A stretch of 64,000 bases of DNA from Hydrolagus affinis. Its lineage: Eukaryota. Below, one piece after another: positions 39,396 to 52,790 of this stretch. The position numbers were made by a program, and so were the translations under genes. The DNA is taken from positions 1 through 64,000 of the forward strand of contig JAAILG010000102.1 of assembly GCA_012026655.1 (NCBI GenBank). Direction: 5' to 3'. The stretch's first letter is position 1; each line of letters opens with the position of its first letter. The notes under the pieces are model-generated. The model did no database searches, was not told where the DNA came from, and saw only the letters and a program-made list of their open reading frames with translations.

Positions 39396-40521
39396 ACCAC
39401 AAGAGCAAAGCTTCGGTGATTGATGAACAGCAGGAGAGTCCCACGATTAAATTTCAACTATAAACCCACCGCCAGCTATTTGTTATGTTTTTATTATCTG
39501 TATTGAACAGTTGTTTTTTAGTACAGTAGGGGCAATACGACATTTGTGACAGGAAAATAAAGCTTTTCGACACACAAGACTAAAAGTATATGGTATCACA
39601 TGAGAGGCATTCTGAAGTTTCTTTCAGTGACGGTTTATTAGGAAATAAACCACTCACTATATACTAAAAATGTATATATAATCAATTGAAGGCAGATTGT
39701 TGAACCAGTGCCAGGCTCCTTAAACCTGGTTATCTATAATACATAATTTTGAAATCACTTTAAATAATAAGGGTCAATAAAAGGTGAACGTACAAAGCAA
39801 ATACATCAATGGTACCTGGAGAGCATGAGAACCACCATCTCACAGAGCTCGCCATCATCAATAAATTATAGCCGTTTACAAAACATGATAAACAGGCCAG
39901 TACAAGAAATATGGAAGAGCTGGGAGAAAACAAAAGATTTTATTATTACACAGTGGCACACATCATCAGATTATAGTTTGATGAAATATGATGTGCAAAT
40001 AATTATTCTGTACAACAATAAAATGCATTGCATTTTTCCTCCCAAACATTAACTTTCAAATAAAGGAAATATATAATACACAAATAAATTTGTACAGAAT
40101 GAATCTGAAAACTGTGCAAACAAACAAAGTTCTTCCTCTTTCAAAAACATGTGTACTATCGATTTGTGTAACCCTATTTCCTTGGAATGTTAATCCATTG
40201 CAGCTTGGTAGGTATCCGATTTAAAATTCTCCCGTTTTTCTGCCCTCCCTTTTGGGGGTGCAATGTTTGATGCAATATCCCCATCCCATTTTTTCCCAAT
40301 AAAAAAAATTATGTTTAGAACACATAATTTCCAATATATTTAAAAAGAAACACCAATTTATAGAACCATTATAGGCCTACTTCCAAAGACGATCCACACG
40401 CCATTAAAAGCAGGGAAGAATTTATCTTGTTTTGTCGTTGTAGTAGCACCCATTGCTATCCAGAGCATATAGAAAGGGCCTACTGGATCTTTATGGGTGA
40501 CACATTTTACACAGACATAAA

Positions 40522-40625
40522 ATTGAATAGGCTACAGCATGGAAACAAGCCATTTATCGCAACTAGTCTATGTTAGAGTTCATACTATGCATAAGCCTCC
40601 ACCTCATCTAATCCCCATACACCCA
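40522..40625 (-). mobile_element. Decayed CR1-type 3' UTR
   Basis: TACAGCATGGAAACAAGCCATTT...ACTAGTCTATGTT resembles the reverse of chondrichthyan CR1 3' ends. Confidence 0.5.
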
Positions 40626-42835
40626 CCATTCTTGCCAAGACGAGAACTGTTTTCAGGCAGTTAGCAATCACGTTTTACTAAAAGAAATTAGAGGAAAACA
40701 TTAAAAAGACACCCCACCCCGCTATTTAAGAAATGTGCTATTTTTCCTAACTCTTGACAGTGCAGAATTAATAGTAACATTAATTAAACAGGAATTAAAT
40801 GTAAGCAGTTATTAAAGTCATCCTCCTCCACAGAAACCTAATCCACAATAAATTGAACAATCCCATCAACTGCGTCACAACTTCACCATTCAATGTCATT
40901 TTACACATCCAACTCACCTCTAACGCTACACATATAAGGAAATTAAATGTTGTTAAACTGAATGGGATGGTCCAAACATTTATTAACAACACTTATTAGT
41001 TTTCTACTTGATAGGTGATTTTAATTCCATTTGTACAGTATTCCTCCAAGTGAAATGAATCCAGGATGAAAGGATCAACAATGCTCTGTGTGTTACCATG
41101 ACACCCACTGAGAATAAGTAATTATTTACACCTCCTCCTGGCACTCCCACTAAATGAAGATAAATGCAAAGCAAATTTCATGAACTTGAGCAGTTTTCAA
41201 CAGTTGTCAGAGTAACTGATTGCATACAAATAGAAAAAACACTGAGGTGTCAAGGTCCGAGATTATAAATCTTGTGGGACCACACTCCCTGATCAGCAGG
41301 GAGTGATGTGACCCACATTGTCCAAAAAGCGCCTATTGTCTGATTAAGTTTCCATTCTGTGTCACATTTCTTACTCAAGGCAATTGCTAATTAACATCTT
41401 CCATGATTAAAGAAAGCGTCAATGATTTGATAGTATTTAGCTTCTGCATTCTTTGTTCTTGGTCGCTGTGTTCTCAGAGGTGCAATAATCTCCAGATACT
41501 GAAATGATATCAGAATCCTGAAAATGCTGAACAGCAAAACGAAAATCCCAAACACAGTCATTTTATTAGATGCTTTGTGTTATGAACACTATCGCACAGC
41601 TCCATGCTAAGTCTTACCTTCAGGACTCTTGTACTGCAGGCGTTTCAATCAGCATTGTTTCACCTAATTATTCAAAGCAGTTCCCTGGTTCCTTTCGAAC
41701 CAATACATGACCATTTGGAAACTGCAACACATTAATATTAAAGAATTCCAGAGAACACCAGCAAAGAGCTGTGAGGAGGTCTTGTTTAACCAATATCATT
41801 TACAGCTGCACTATTTTCTCAGCTATCATTTGCAATCTGCATTGCAATAGATCTAATCGACTAAAGCTTCAAAATCTAAATAGCTCTGGTACCTAAATGA
41901 AGGATTAAGCACTGTTATCTTTATTTCATTTGATGCAACAAATTGTATTTTAGCCACTGGAGTAAGAAAAGTGCAAACAAGGCAGAACTAAAATTAGAAC
42001 AAGGCAATGAGACCCAATTGATGACATGTGGAAGGAACTGTAAGACTTTCAAGTAAGACTTTCCAAATTGCTTCTAGAAACAGCATATAAACACATAGTA
42101 ATCAATATTTCAGTAAAAAAAAATTATCACTTTTTATTTCTACTCTTGAGGGTAAACACGAGTTACAGGCAAATAATTTGATGCTTGCAAAATACCTAGA
42201 GTTTCGTCACTTCACATTTGAAAAGAATGCACAGTATTAGTTTATCATGAAATCCCATCTCTCTTGCTCTTCCTCCCTCTCTAGCAGTTACAGTCAATCT
42301 GTGCTCTCCTTCCTATTTAGTTCCGATTGTTATTCCGACCCTTACATCTGTAAAAGGAGAATGCTACTGACTTTCCACTGAATGACTTTCCACTGAATCT
42401 AGGTACTATCATGGCTGCCACATGTTGTCATAATACACACCGACGAGTTGCAAAACTACAAGAAATGAACCAGTACGTTTCAGGTCTTATGCTGTTTTCA
42501 GATTATCACTGCTGAAGAACCTTGTAAGCTTTATATATTCCACTCAATGAAAATAGATCAGTACTTTGTCAAATGGAAGGATGAAGCTAGACTTAATCAT
42601 CAAATAATTGGACCATTCCGCAAAATAAATGAAAGGTGACATTTTTTTTTCCAAGTCATGAGCTTGTTGTTAACCTCACTCTCCCTGTATGTATGTACAC
42701 TCACACAATATACTTTTATCCTGCTTAAATATCTCTCAACTATTTCTTCCACTGCTGTGTGCATCTGAAAAGAAGTGTGGGGCATTGCTGTGCACAACTG
42801 CTGCATTTTGCCCATAAAACACACAGACAAACCAC

Positions 42836-42922
42836 CTTACAGAATATCCTGTGAAGCATTTTAAGATATCTCAATGAAGTGATAAGGTGCTACATCAAAT
42901 GCAACAATAATAATAATTATTA
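42836..42922 (+). mobile_element. SINE 3' tail fragment
   Basis: ACAGAATATCCTGTGAAGCATTTTAAGATATC...GATAAGGTGCTACATCAAATGCAA followed by an AAT/ATT run. Confidence 0.65.
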
Positions 42923-44609
42923 TGCATCATTCATGTGTTGCTTTGGGTTCTAAGACATTTTGTCAACATTAGACCAATGAGGAGCTATTCCGCTGCTGGG
43001 CAGAGATGATAGAGCTGGATGAGAGTAGGATTTAACAGCTCCAATGATTGTCCAGCCAAATTTGTAATCCAACATTAGACATCCAACATTGTGATCGTAC
43101 ATTAGACTTGAAACAAATGGTACAACAAGGGCACTGGATTCGAAGTGAATGTTCATAGAGAGCTCAATAATGTGAATCTTCCATCTTTTTGAGTTGCTGG
43201 CTGATAACAGCTGTATCATTTTGCCGGCTTTCTGACACACTTCATGTTGAAATATGCTAAATCCCCCAAATTGCTTGTCAGTAACAATGAAGAGACAAGG
43301 AAATCATTCAATATTTTCACTTTCATTATGAGAACGGAAGCAAAAAGTATGAGAAATTGTGCTTTCTGAACCATGATCTCACATGAAGCATTGATTATAC
43401 TTCCAGTTGAGGTAATCTATCCAGTTTGAAATAAACTGCACTCTCAAAACAAGGCTTTGTCTAACATTATGTGTCAGTGTGTTTCTTAATGGAGCTGTTA
43501 ACAAAACAACTGAAAGGACAACACGTCTGGCGAATGCTATATGAATGAACCTTTGGGAATAGATGGACAACTTCCGTTGTGGCACTTCTGCCTCAAATGT
43601 GCCTGTTTGGTATTTTGAGCAGCACTATTTATTTTCCTCTTCAAATAATTTCTGTTTTGTCTTCCATCATTTAAACATAATATGCATTATCCCATCAGTC
43701 CCTGTCTGCCATGATTCTCCCTCAGGTAATATCTTACAATTAGTTGCTCTCTGCCTAGTTCTTCATTACCTGTGAGCTGTTTACGAGATTTGTCCTGTGG
43801 TTTACCAGCTGCGCGATAAAGATGTTGTTGATTTATCTGTTTGAATGTTATAGCCAGCCTTTCTTTTAATTTATATTACTTTTGTTTGGGTGCAAGGCTC
43901 TTGAGAATAAGCAGTAATTTGGTTTAAACTAGCTTTCTAAGGGATTACAAAGATGTATAACACAGTGAAACGTAAAAGCAGATTTATGAAGGTATTTAGC
44001 ACATTTAGTAATATTTCATCCAATGCAAGTTATAAATAATAAACGTTGCTTCCCACTGGCCATCTGCAGTTCACATCAAATACACTGAACATCCAAATTT
44101 ATTTTGTTTCACGACTTCTACATCTATGTATATAATTTTACAGGGTTTGCAAAACCTAGGGATTATATTCCAACCTTGCTACCCATCAGGCTGACATTTC
44201 AGGCTCAACTTTGTTTATATTAAGCTCTTGAACTTTAGTCTGTTTATTAACTCAAAAACTACATAATAAATTGTAGGATATTTTCAAAGGCAGATTCCTT
44301 TCATTGACCTCCTGTAGAGTCATATATCTAACAGTTATATTCACTGAAAGAATCGATGAAGCTAGTCACTTGCATTACTTTAGATTCAATAGTTTTTCTG
44401 AATCAAAAGTGCATAAAGTACATCGAAATATTCAGAGAAACTGAATCTCCAATAACAATCAATCATAAGAAAGGGCAAGTTGTGCATTGTGAAGCTTTGC
44501 CCTGTTCTAGTGAAAATATGGTCTTCTCATTTTAAATCCAACAAGACTTAAGATTATCATAGCCACAGAATTATGCTTTTCCCACCACAAATATTCCAAT
44601 AAAATCTAG

Positions 44610-44710
44610 AAGGTTAGAACACTATCCTTTCACCTCCCAGATTCAAGTTCAAATATAGGGCAGACAGATGACAGAAGCACGAACAGCTGTGAGTGATGGA
44701 AATGTGAAAT
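44610..44710 (+). mobile_element. LF-SINE-like 5' remnant
   Basis: CCTTTCACCTC...GTTCAAAT..AG..CAG...ACAGCTGT...ATGTGAAAT follows the remembered LF-SINE motif order. Confidence 0.45.
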
Positions 44711-44799
44711 AAAACCAGAAAATACTGGAAATTCACAGCAGATCAGTTAGCACCTGAAATAGAAAAGTTAATGTTTTTGTCGGTTCATTCATCAGAACT
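44695..44799. mobile_element. Penelope-type terminal fragment common in shark genomes
   Basis: GGAAATGTGAAATAAAACCAGAAAATACTGGAAATTCACAGCAGATCAGTTAGCACCTG...GTTAATGTTT...TTCATCAGAAC, recognised from memory. Confidence 0.6.
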
Positions 44800-45004
44800 C
44801 ACACAAGTTTAGATTATCCCTGTGGTGGTAGGAAGTGCCCCTGCAGCTGAACTCTGGTATTACAAATTTATTGAAGACTAACGGCAAAATGTTAACCAAT
44901 CCTTTGCTTTCAAATGCTGATTGATCTGTTGATGACTGATTGTCTTCTCTCTGCAGGCTATAAGTGCAAGGAGAAATCGGGACAGGCAATCTCAGCTCAT
45001 ATTA

Positions 45005-45162
45005 TCAATCCATGACTGTTTGCAGTACACTGCTGTGTGCAATTTCCTGCCACGTTTCGCCCACAAAATATAGTCTTTACGGTGTATTCTGTGTAGCGCT
45101 TTGAGACGTCACGAAGACGTGATAAGGCGCTATATCAATGCTAGAATTATTATTATTATTAT
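45005..45162 (+). mobile_element. 5'-truncated tRNA-SINE (Deu core plus tail)
   Basis: CAATCCATGACTGTTTG...GCTGTGTGCAATT...GCGCTTTGAGACGTC...GATAAGGCGCTATATC followed by (ATT)n. Confidence 0.88.
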
Positions 45163-46469
45163 AGTGTGAACCTGTCCATTGTTTGGCAGCAACCTCTCAG
45201 TGTTACTCACGAGATGCCACAATTATTACTAGTGGAAGGAATGAAGAAGTATTATGCCGTAATCACGGAGAGAGGAAGGAGGCATTTTTGAGAATAGAAT
45301 CAATTCATATTCTGAGCAGTTTTTCAATTGCCTTCGGTTGAAGCATGAAAAATCTCTGTCCCATGAGAAAATAGATATCGAACTGAAACCTACATGCAAC
45401 AAATGTTTTTTGAATAAAATTAAACTTCTTAACATTGGAAAGTTTTGAATGGGGATTCATCATAAAGAATCGAGGTGGGGATTGTAAATAATAGCTATAG
45501 GCATTTCACACATATCATGCTACGTCACAGGAACCTACCTACGTAGAAAATGAATTCCAGCATGTACATTATTCAGATTAGTTTTGAAATCATCACATAT
45601 CTAAATCTACCTTCAGTTGTATTTGCCTTCATAATGTATAGTACATCCTGTCAGGCACTTGGAGATGTCCTCCCAACGTGAAAGTTGAGATATAAAATGC
45701 AAGGACTATTATTATTTTGTTAGTTTTGTGTAGAGACGTTGTTCGAAACCTGTAACTAACTATGCCAGGTAGATAGTAAATGCTGTGCAATTTTTTGGCA
45801 ATGATAAAATAAAACGATTAAGTTTGTGAATGAGATGTGACATTCTTTCCCTGCTGAGTTGTAATATGGAATTATCAGTAGCATTTCCAACCACCTGTTT
45901 CCTGTAACTCCTGCTAATTCTTGGAATCTGCTTGGTGCATTTCTCGCTTTGAACCATTTACTTGACTTTGAGCCTCCTTTCCTGACATCTTCAAACTGTG
46001 CAACCATTCATGAACGTGGGAGTATATTTAGTTCATTAATTATCTGCACATGACCTGGTATTCAGCTTCTGACACCTTCAATCATAGTTTTCATCATTAG
46101 GGCATCTGCTGCAAATGCATTCCTAATCAGTCTTTCTAAATCACTCATTAATTTTTTTTTCCATTCCATTTTACTTTATGTTGAAGTCTTTTCTATGTTT
46201 TACTCCTGCCACTAGGAAACCATGGATGCATTACTTTCAGAATACTATCAGACCAGACTTTAACTCATGATGCTAAATTTCTTTCACCATTTCCTATTCT
46301 TTCCATCACGCATCACATCATTTTCAACTCTCATGTTATATAAATGTTTCTATATTCTCCAGCTCAGCTATGCAAGTTAAAGTATCACGTCATATCAACT
46401 GATCATTCCATAACCATCCCAATGCAAATACAATGGTCATATAACCCATAATATTCCATAATATTGCAT

Positions 46470-46830
46470 AATAATAATCCTTACATTTATTACAGCATGT
46501 TTCATATTGCTAGGACACTCAAAGCACTTCACACGATATACTGTGATATGTAATGACTGCGTAGTTGCAGACAAATATGCAGCCAATTTGGGCACAACAT
46601 TATTCCACAAATAGAGTGAATTTATCTGGGAGATTGTTGGCAACGACACCTTGGGAAACTCCTTTCTCTTTCTGAATAATGCCAAGGGTTCTTTGATGTT
46701 CATCTGAATAAATGGTTTGACATCCCATCTGAAGGACAGTTCCTCTGATAACAGTATTCCCCCACCACAGCACTGAAGTGAAACATGAACCCACAAACTT
46801 CTAACTCATAGGTGAGTGGCAACTGACCAC
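46470..46830 (-). mobile_element. Old SacSINE1/AmnSINE-like Deu-SINE
   Basis: Reverse complement reads GAGTTAGAAGTTTGTGGGTTCA...AGAGGAACTGTCCTTCAGATGGGATGTCAAACC...AAAGAACCCTTGGCATTATTC...TGTGCCCAAATTGGCTGC, then a tail. Confidence 0.8.
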
Positions 46831-48199
46831 AGAATCTCTCCTACACTGTGTAAATGCCAATTCTATCCAGCACGTTTGTAAGAATTAATGAAGGAGATGG
46901 AGTTATATGCAGCAGGTTGGGGGGGGAGGCGGGGGAGTCAGCGAGTGCACATAACATGTGCAAAATATGTGTGACACTCCATAAAATATAACACTGCCTA
47001 TTAACTGTTCAAAGTGGGAGATAATGTACAATCAAGAGATGTTTCATCTTCCACATATCTTTCTAACATACAGTATTTTGAAAAGGTCACTACTCATACT
47101 GTTGCAGTTAGCTGATTTGCAAGAGGGCAAGAGAATCGGACAGGAGTTTCAATGCAGCAGCAATGCATTTAAGAGTGAGACTTGTTTCCAACCACAACCT
47201 CAGGAACCCCAGAGAAGAGGAGCTAAAGCCAATCAAGTAAAGCCAATCTCTTTTGCCATTACTGTTTTTCAAAAAAATGTTTTAAAAAATTCATGTAAAA
47301 TTGCAAGGCTTGAAAACAACCTGAATTTTCTAAATGTTATTTATTTCTATTTCCAGTTTCCTAACTCTACACTTCTAATTTTGTTTAGCAAAGGCTATCT
47401 GAACATGAATATGATTTTTTTTTAAAAAGAAACACAGTGTGGTGTTTACATCGAGCAGTTACAAATGGCAACTTGTACCAATAGCAAGGTGTACATCATG
47501 TAGACCTGTGGGAACTTCTGCAATATACTTCTGAGGGTGATTTGGAACACAGTCCCCTGTGGGCTGACTCAATGCACATCTAGTTGCAGCAGAAGTCATT
47601 ATTTGCAACTCTCTGTTGCAAGATCTGTATTTTCAACCCCAATGTGGTGCCTGGCTCGTAATTCGAACCACCATGATCGCTTCAGTTTTCAGCTAGGCTC
47701 TGAAATGTGGTGTTGCTTCACTCAGGCTTGATTCCTCACACTCACTGCCACAATTCTGAAAATACCGAGCAGGTGGTAAGTCTAATGGATTATGGTGTCT
47801 AAGTGGAAATGTTACGCTTTGGCTCCTAAAACGTGGCATGGACACAGCGCAATTAGAAACTTACTGCTGCACTTGGTGAGTTTTAAAAAAGCTAATTATG
47901 ATGATTTTAAAAGTGGCTAAGCACATGCATCTTGCCATATCTGAACCGACGTCCCTATTGAGCCCGAAAACTAGGCCACTATATTTTAGGTTACAATGGA
48001 TTTTCGCACAATTTACAGCGAAACTGTATCTGCCTAGAACTTATATTCACTGCTAAGTGGGTGATCACCCTTCTGTAAAACCTATCCAAGGAATAATTTC
48101 ATTGACATGCCTGAGTTCCTTACCAAGGTCTGTCAGATTATATCGAAATAATGTTTGCTTTAGCGTAATTTGGGACCTTTCTCTTCCTCCATGGGTGAA

Positions 48200-48325
48200 G
48201 AACAACTTGTACTTACGTAGCCTGAGAGAGGAGTGGGAGGAGGAAGGGAGGCAGTCACCATAGATATGGTTGCAGAATTTAAAGAGAGAGAAAAGGGGTG
48301 GGATGGAGGGAGTTCTAGAGGTCGT
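48200..48325 (-). mobile_element. Decayed L2 3' remnant
   Basis: AACAACTTGTACTTACGTAGC tail followed by a purine-rich GGAGGGAGTTCTAGAG body. Confidence 0.45.
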
Positions 48326-49195
48326 TGTTGATCAAGGTCATTTCCACTATTTAATTCTTGATCAATTTATTCTGCAATTGTTTTCAATTATTTTTGAAAA
48401 GTGCCTTCTACAGTTTTTCTCCCCATAGTGTTATTTTAATAATAGCCAGATTCAACACTATTCAGAATCATCATTCAGAAGCCCAACTATCTCTTTTGCT
48501 TTTGAAATTTCATATTGTTTCTCAAGATTTAATACTCTGCCAGATCATACACTATTTATTTTATATATCAGAAGTTACCGCAAAATGATCAGACATTATG
48601 TCATTTCAGTTGCTTCAAAAAGCGATATCGATACAACTTCCCTGAGTGGCTCTGTTTCTTTATACAAGTTTGTTTAACCAGTGAACCCGAAACAACTAAT
48701 CCTCACTTTCATTCCAATGACCGTAAACCAGACTTGTCCATGACATTTTTTCGTCTTTCATCTTGATGTTCAACCTTTACATTGAGATGTAAAAAAATAA
48801 TTAAGTTCCTCTTTGGAACGTCACTTATCTCATTTTGCAGCCCAGTATAAAATTCCTCCTTACCTCTGTCACAAAAGCTCTCTCACTTTATTGATATGAA
48901 TCTTGCTGGGTGTGAAGAATGGCTGCATTTTAATAATCAAAATTTAAAATGCCATAAAATGCCCTAAAATATCCCTCCTGACCATTTCTGTGCATCCTTG
49001 TTGAGGAATATTGTCCAAATATATGTCATATTGCACACTCTAAAATTTGTATGTCAGATGATATTCACTGAATATCACATACATAACTCAATTGCAGTGA
49101 TCGACTTAATTTTCATGAAAGGCTTGTCTTTTCTCATGTCTACAAATTGCACATTTTCATTGATTGCAGACTGAGTTCAGTGTAGCATCTAATGT

Positions 49196-49490
49196 GGAGT
49201 CCTGTAGCTCACTGGATAGAAGCAAATGCTTCGCAAGCGAGAAACCTGGGTTTGATTCCCAGCAGGGCGAAAGCTTGGGGAGGTTTCCTTACTCCATATA
49301 CCTGCTAATAATCCCTCAAGAAAAAAAGCAAAAATAATTTGGTCACATGGGACATTGCTGTGCACAATTGGCGTCCGTGATTTGCCCACAAAATATACAA
49401 TCAATTCAGTTTACAGTATATTCAGTGAAGCGCTTTGAGATGTCTAGAAAATGGGGAAAGCGCTGTATCAAATGCATGTTTTTATTATAA
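49196..49490 (+). mobile_element. tRNA-derived SINE, full length, with possible TSD TAATGT
   Basis: GGAGTCCTGTAGCTCACTGG...GGGTTTGATTCCC head, then Deu core and tail. TAATGT occurs at 49190-49195 and 49488-49493. Confidence 0.9.
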
Positions 49491-51666
49491 TGTAGGAGCA
49501 TTTACACTTTATACTCTATACTGAGCAAGCAAGTGAATGACTGAGAGTGAATCAATGAGAATGAGAATGAAAGGTGAAAGTGAGTGAGAGTACACCTGAT
49601 GTAGTGATATTACTCTTTAGTACAATAATGGAGTATGAATTTCTTTTAAAAAGGTACACAATCATCTAGTTGTTCAAACAATACACTAGTGAATAACAGA
49701 AATCCTCATGAAAATAATGACACTTTTTTTCTTATTCAATCACAAATCAGAGCAGTTGGCTGCATTCCTGGATTCAGCTTTAAAGAGAAATAAACTCAGC
49801 AACAGAACTACCATCTCAGCTTGGTGACAATCTATTAGTGTGATTGGCAAAAGGCTGAAATCAATTTTAACTCGTCTGAATTCACAAGGCTAATGTAAAC
49901 GCAATCTGCTGAGAAGGAAAGCTATTTTCCTTTAAGTGATTCTTCAGGACCCCTTCTCATCTTGGAGCCAACACTCAGCAGGGGGTTATGTCTATATACA
50001 GAAAACAGGATTTTGCCGCAGGCATGTGTATAAAATAAAAGCTGATGATTAAAGGAGATAATAGACTTCTGGTAGGGTTCTGATCCAAAAAAAAATTAGT
50101 TACGTCAATCATTTCATTTGCTTTCTGACACAGGACCAGTGTTCCACATCTGGCGTGATCATGGCAAGTGGAGCTAAACACTTGGAGACATTGCCATTCT
50201 GTGCATGGATATACAGTAGTAAATTGAGACTTACACAAGCAAAGAGAGGGCAGATTTCACAGCATAGTTGTGCAGAATAGTTATATCAAGCAAAAATGAT
50301 GTGATTGCACTTATTACTGCACAGACTACTTCTCAGCATCCTAAAAGTACAGTTCTAATTGTGAGCCACGATGTCAATATCTTGTTAGAGTAAGTCTGAA
50401 TTTAATTGTGATTTAGCTTGTCTCACAGGATTAGACACATGCCCTTTGTAATGTTAACTGGAAGGGAAAGCTATTTCCCTTAACCTATTTAAAATGATAT
50501 ACTGTCTAATCCAGTGTGCCAGTTGCACCAGAAAACAAAGTCTGTGCTATACCAAATGTATTATTATTATGAATTTAAAAAATCTTCAGACATGGTGTGA
50601 ATGACCAATTTTACATTGACTCCCAAATACAGTAAACTGATCGCTTGACCTTGGTTCAACATGTTACTACCATCTAAGGCAACACGGTATCAATAATCCG
50701 ACCACATTTATTTATGTATTTATACAATGCCTAACTTGCCACTCCAGATAACTCACTCCTGAGCCCTTTTCCCTTGGAGTTATGAGTTATCAGGAGTTTA
50801 CCATATTCATCACACCAATGTCATAGCTGAATATTGTTCCTTTGCAAATAGGGAATTTCTGCAGAATTCCTCCCAGGAGATAGATTGGGTGGAGTGAAGT
50901 TAATGGTGGGGTAAGTTTTTCATGGTCTGTGAGTTTTCCAAGGTCTGGAGAGATTGTTTAATGGGGTAAATAGTCCTTGTCTCATTCCTTCCTTTCTTGC
51001 CTCTTATTGTGCAATACTGTATTTGAACCTAGTTTCTTTACCTTCTCTCAAGCATGTTAAATTGTGGAAAATTGGCTATGCAATCCAATGTACTGTTGTC
51101 AATATAATGATGTCAAGCGTTACTGTGAAGGCAGACTTGTGTACACAGTGTGCATCCTTTACAGTCAGTATGCTGACTCTCTGCTCACAGAAGCTTTTAT
51201 TGTTGGGGAAGCTGAGGTGAACGGTAAGGGCCCGCCATTGGCAAAAATGTAGAAGAGAAAACGCAGATAAATAAATAAACCAGAAGTGGATGTTTGATGT
51301 GAAGATTTTAAATCAGTTTCAAGATTTGTAAATCACAGGAAAGGTTTGAATAAAAAAAGGCAGTGGAATGAGTTCTGATTTCAACAAAGTGAAAGGCAAG
51401 GAAGAGGAAGGTTCACTGATATAATAACAGCTTTCCTTAAGATGGTATTTTGCATTTATATAATGCCCTTCACACGGGAAGTGGCTCAGAGTGCTTATTT
51501 TAACACTACAGCAAACATATGAGCTTATACACTTCCAAAACTTTTTTCCCCTAATGTTTATTTTCTCCCTCAACAGGCTTCATATTCTGTAAAGTCTAAG
51601 TCATGTCTCAAATACTGTTCCCACATCTGGGGAGATTCTCCTTATGGCTCTCGCACATTGGAAGGA

Positions 51667-51785
51667 TAACAATAGTAATAATCCTTGCATTTGCTTTGGT
51701 GCTTTTCATGTCTTCTAGATGTCTCAAAGCACTTCGCAGAATATACTGTAAAGTAAATTGACTGGATACGTGTGGGCGAAATGGA
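51667..51785 (-). mobile_element. 5'-truncated tRNA-SINE
   Basis: AATAATCCTTGCATTTG...GTCTCAAAGCACTTCGCAGAATATACTGTAAAG...GTGGGCGAAA. Confidence 0.85.
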
Positions 51786-52072
51786 TATAGGAAGTGCTTT
51801 CCTCTTGAAGACTTCATTTATTAGAACCCGAATGTATTATTGATACAACTGCAGTGTTTATTCCTCTATAATTGTATTCTCTGATTTCTTCCAAACTCCA
51901 AATAAAACCATCCTAGATATTATTTCTCCTGCCTCCGTTCGAAAAATGTGTTGAACAGTCTATGTATTCATTTTCAGATCTCAGGACTATTTGACATTTA
52001 TTTACCTCCCTCAGTTTTACCTCTTTCTTACAATCTGCAAAGGTTTTAAAATCATAATTCTGGTATAGCTTA

Positions 52073-52410
52073 ATATAATAATAATCCTTGCATTTGATAC
52101 AGTGCTTTTCACATCTATCGGTGTCCCAAAGTGCTTCACAGAATATACTGTAACGTGAATTGTCTGTATATTAGTGGGTGAATCGTGGCAGCCAATTGTG
52201 CACAGCAGTGTCCCACAAAAAAGTTGTGAACTGAAATGACTAATTTTATTATTGTGGATTTTGTTTGGGACGGATTATTATTAGGCGTGTGGAGTAAGGA
52301 AACTTGCCCAAGGTTTCACCCTGATCTGCCTGGATTCGAACACAGATTTCCCCAGCTTGGTCTCCCCAGCTTGCAAGACAAGTGCTCTAACCACTACGCC
52401 ACAGGAGCTC
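52073..52410 (-). mobile_element. tRNA-derived SINE, full length
   Basis: Intact B-box (GGATTCGAAC on the plus strand), Deu core and tail, with a small internal duplication of CCCCAGCTTG. Confidence 0.92.
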
Positions 52411-52469
52411 AACTCCTACATCGAGATTCAGCTCATTTCTCCTTGTGGGAATTGTCATACTAATCCTAT

Positions 52470-52790
52470 GCAGGGCTGAGGGAATATTGCATTGGCAGAG
52501 GTGCCATGCTTCAGATGAGAAGCAGAGCTAAGATACTCTCTGCCTGTTTAGTTGGATGTTAAAGATCCCATTGACAGTATTCAAAAAGAGAAGAGAGTTT
52601 GTTCCGGTATCTGGTAAAGTGATGTTTTTACTTTATGTCTGGTTGTGGGATACTGCTGGGCACAAATTGACTGCTGCATTCACCTGCACATATACAGTCA
52701 ACATATTACAGGAAAAAACCTCTGTGAATTGCTTCAAGCCATTTGAATGTGATGAGGTACTATATCACATGCAAGGATTGTTATTATTAT
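52470..52790 (+). mobile_element. Old SacSINE1/AmnSINE-like Deu-SINE lacking its head
   Basis: CTGAGGGAATATTGCATTGGCAGAGGTGCCATGCTTCAGATGAG...GGATGTTAAAGATCCCATTGACAGTATTC...GCACAAATTGACTGCTGCATT...ATGCAAGGATTGTTATT. Confidence 0.8.

Noticed and set aside
42368-42397. 15-bp tandem duplication TGACTTTCCACTGAA x2
   Set aside because: An ordinary slippage-type duplication with nothing further to support function.
47024-47425. 133-aa ORF / possible exon
   Set aside because: No recognisable homology and weak splice signals. The nearby exon-like segment 47693-47776 has stops in all three frames.
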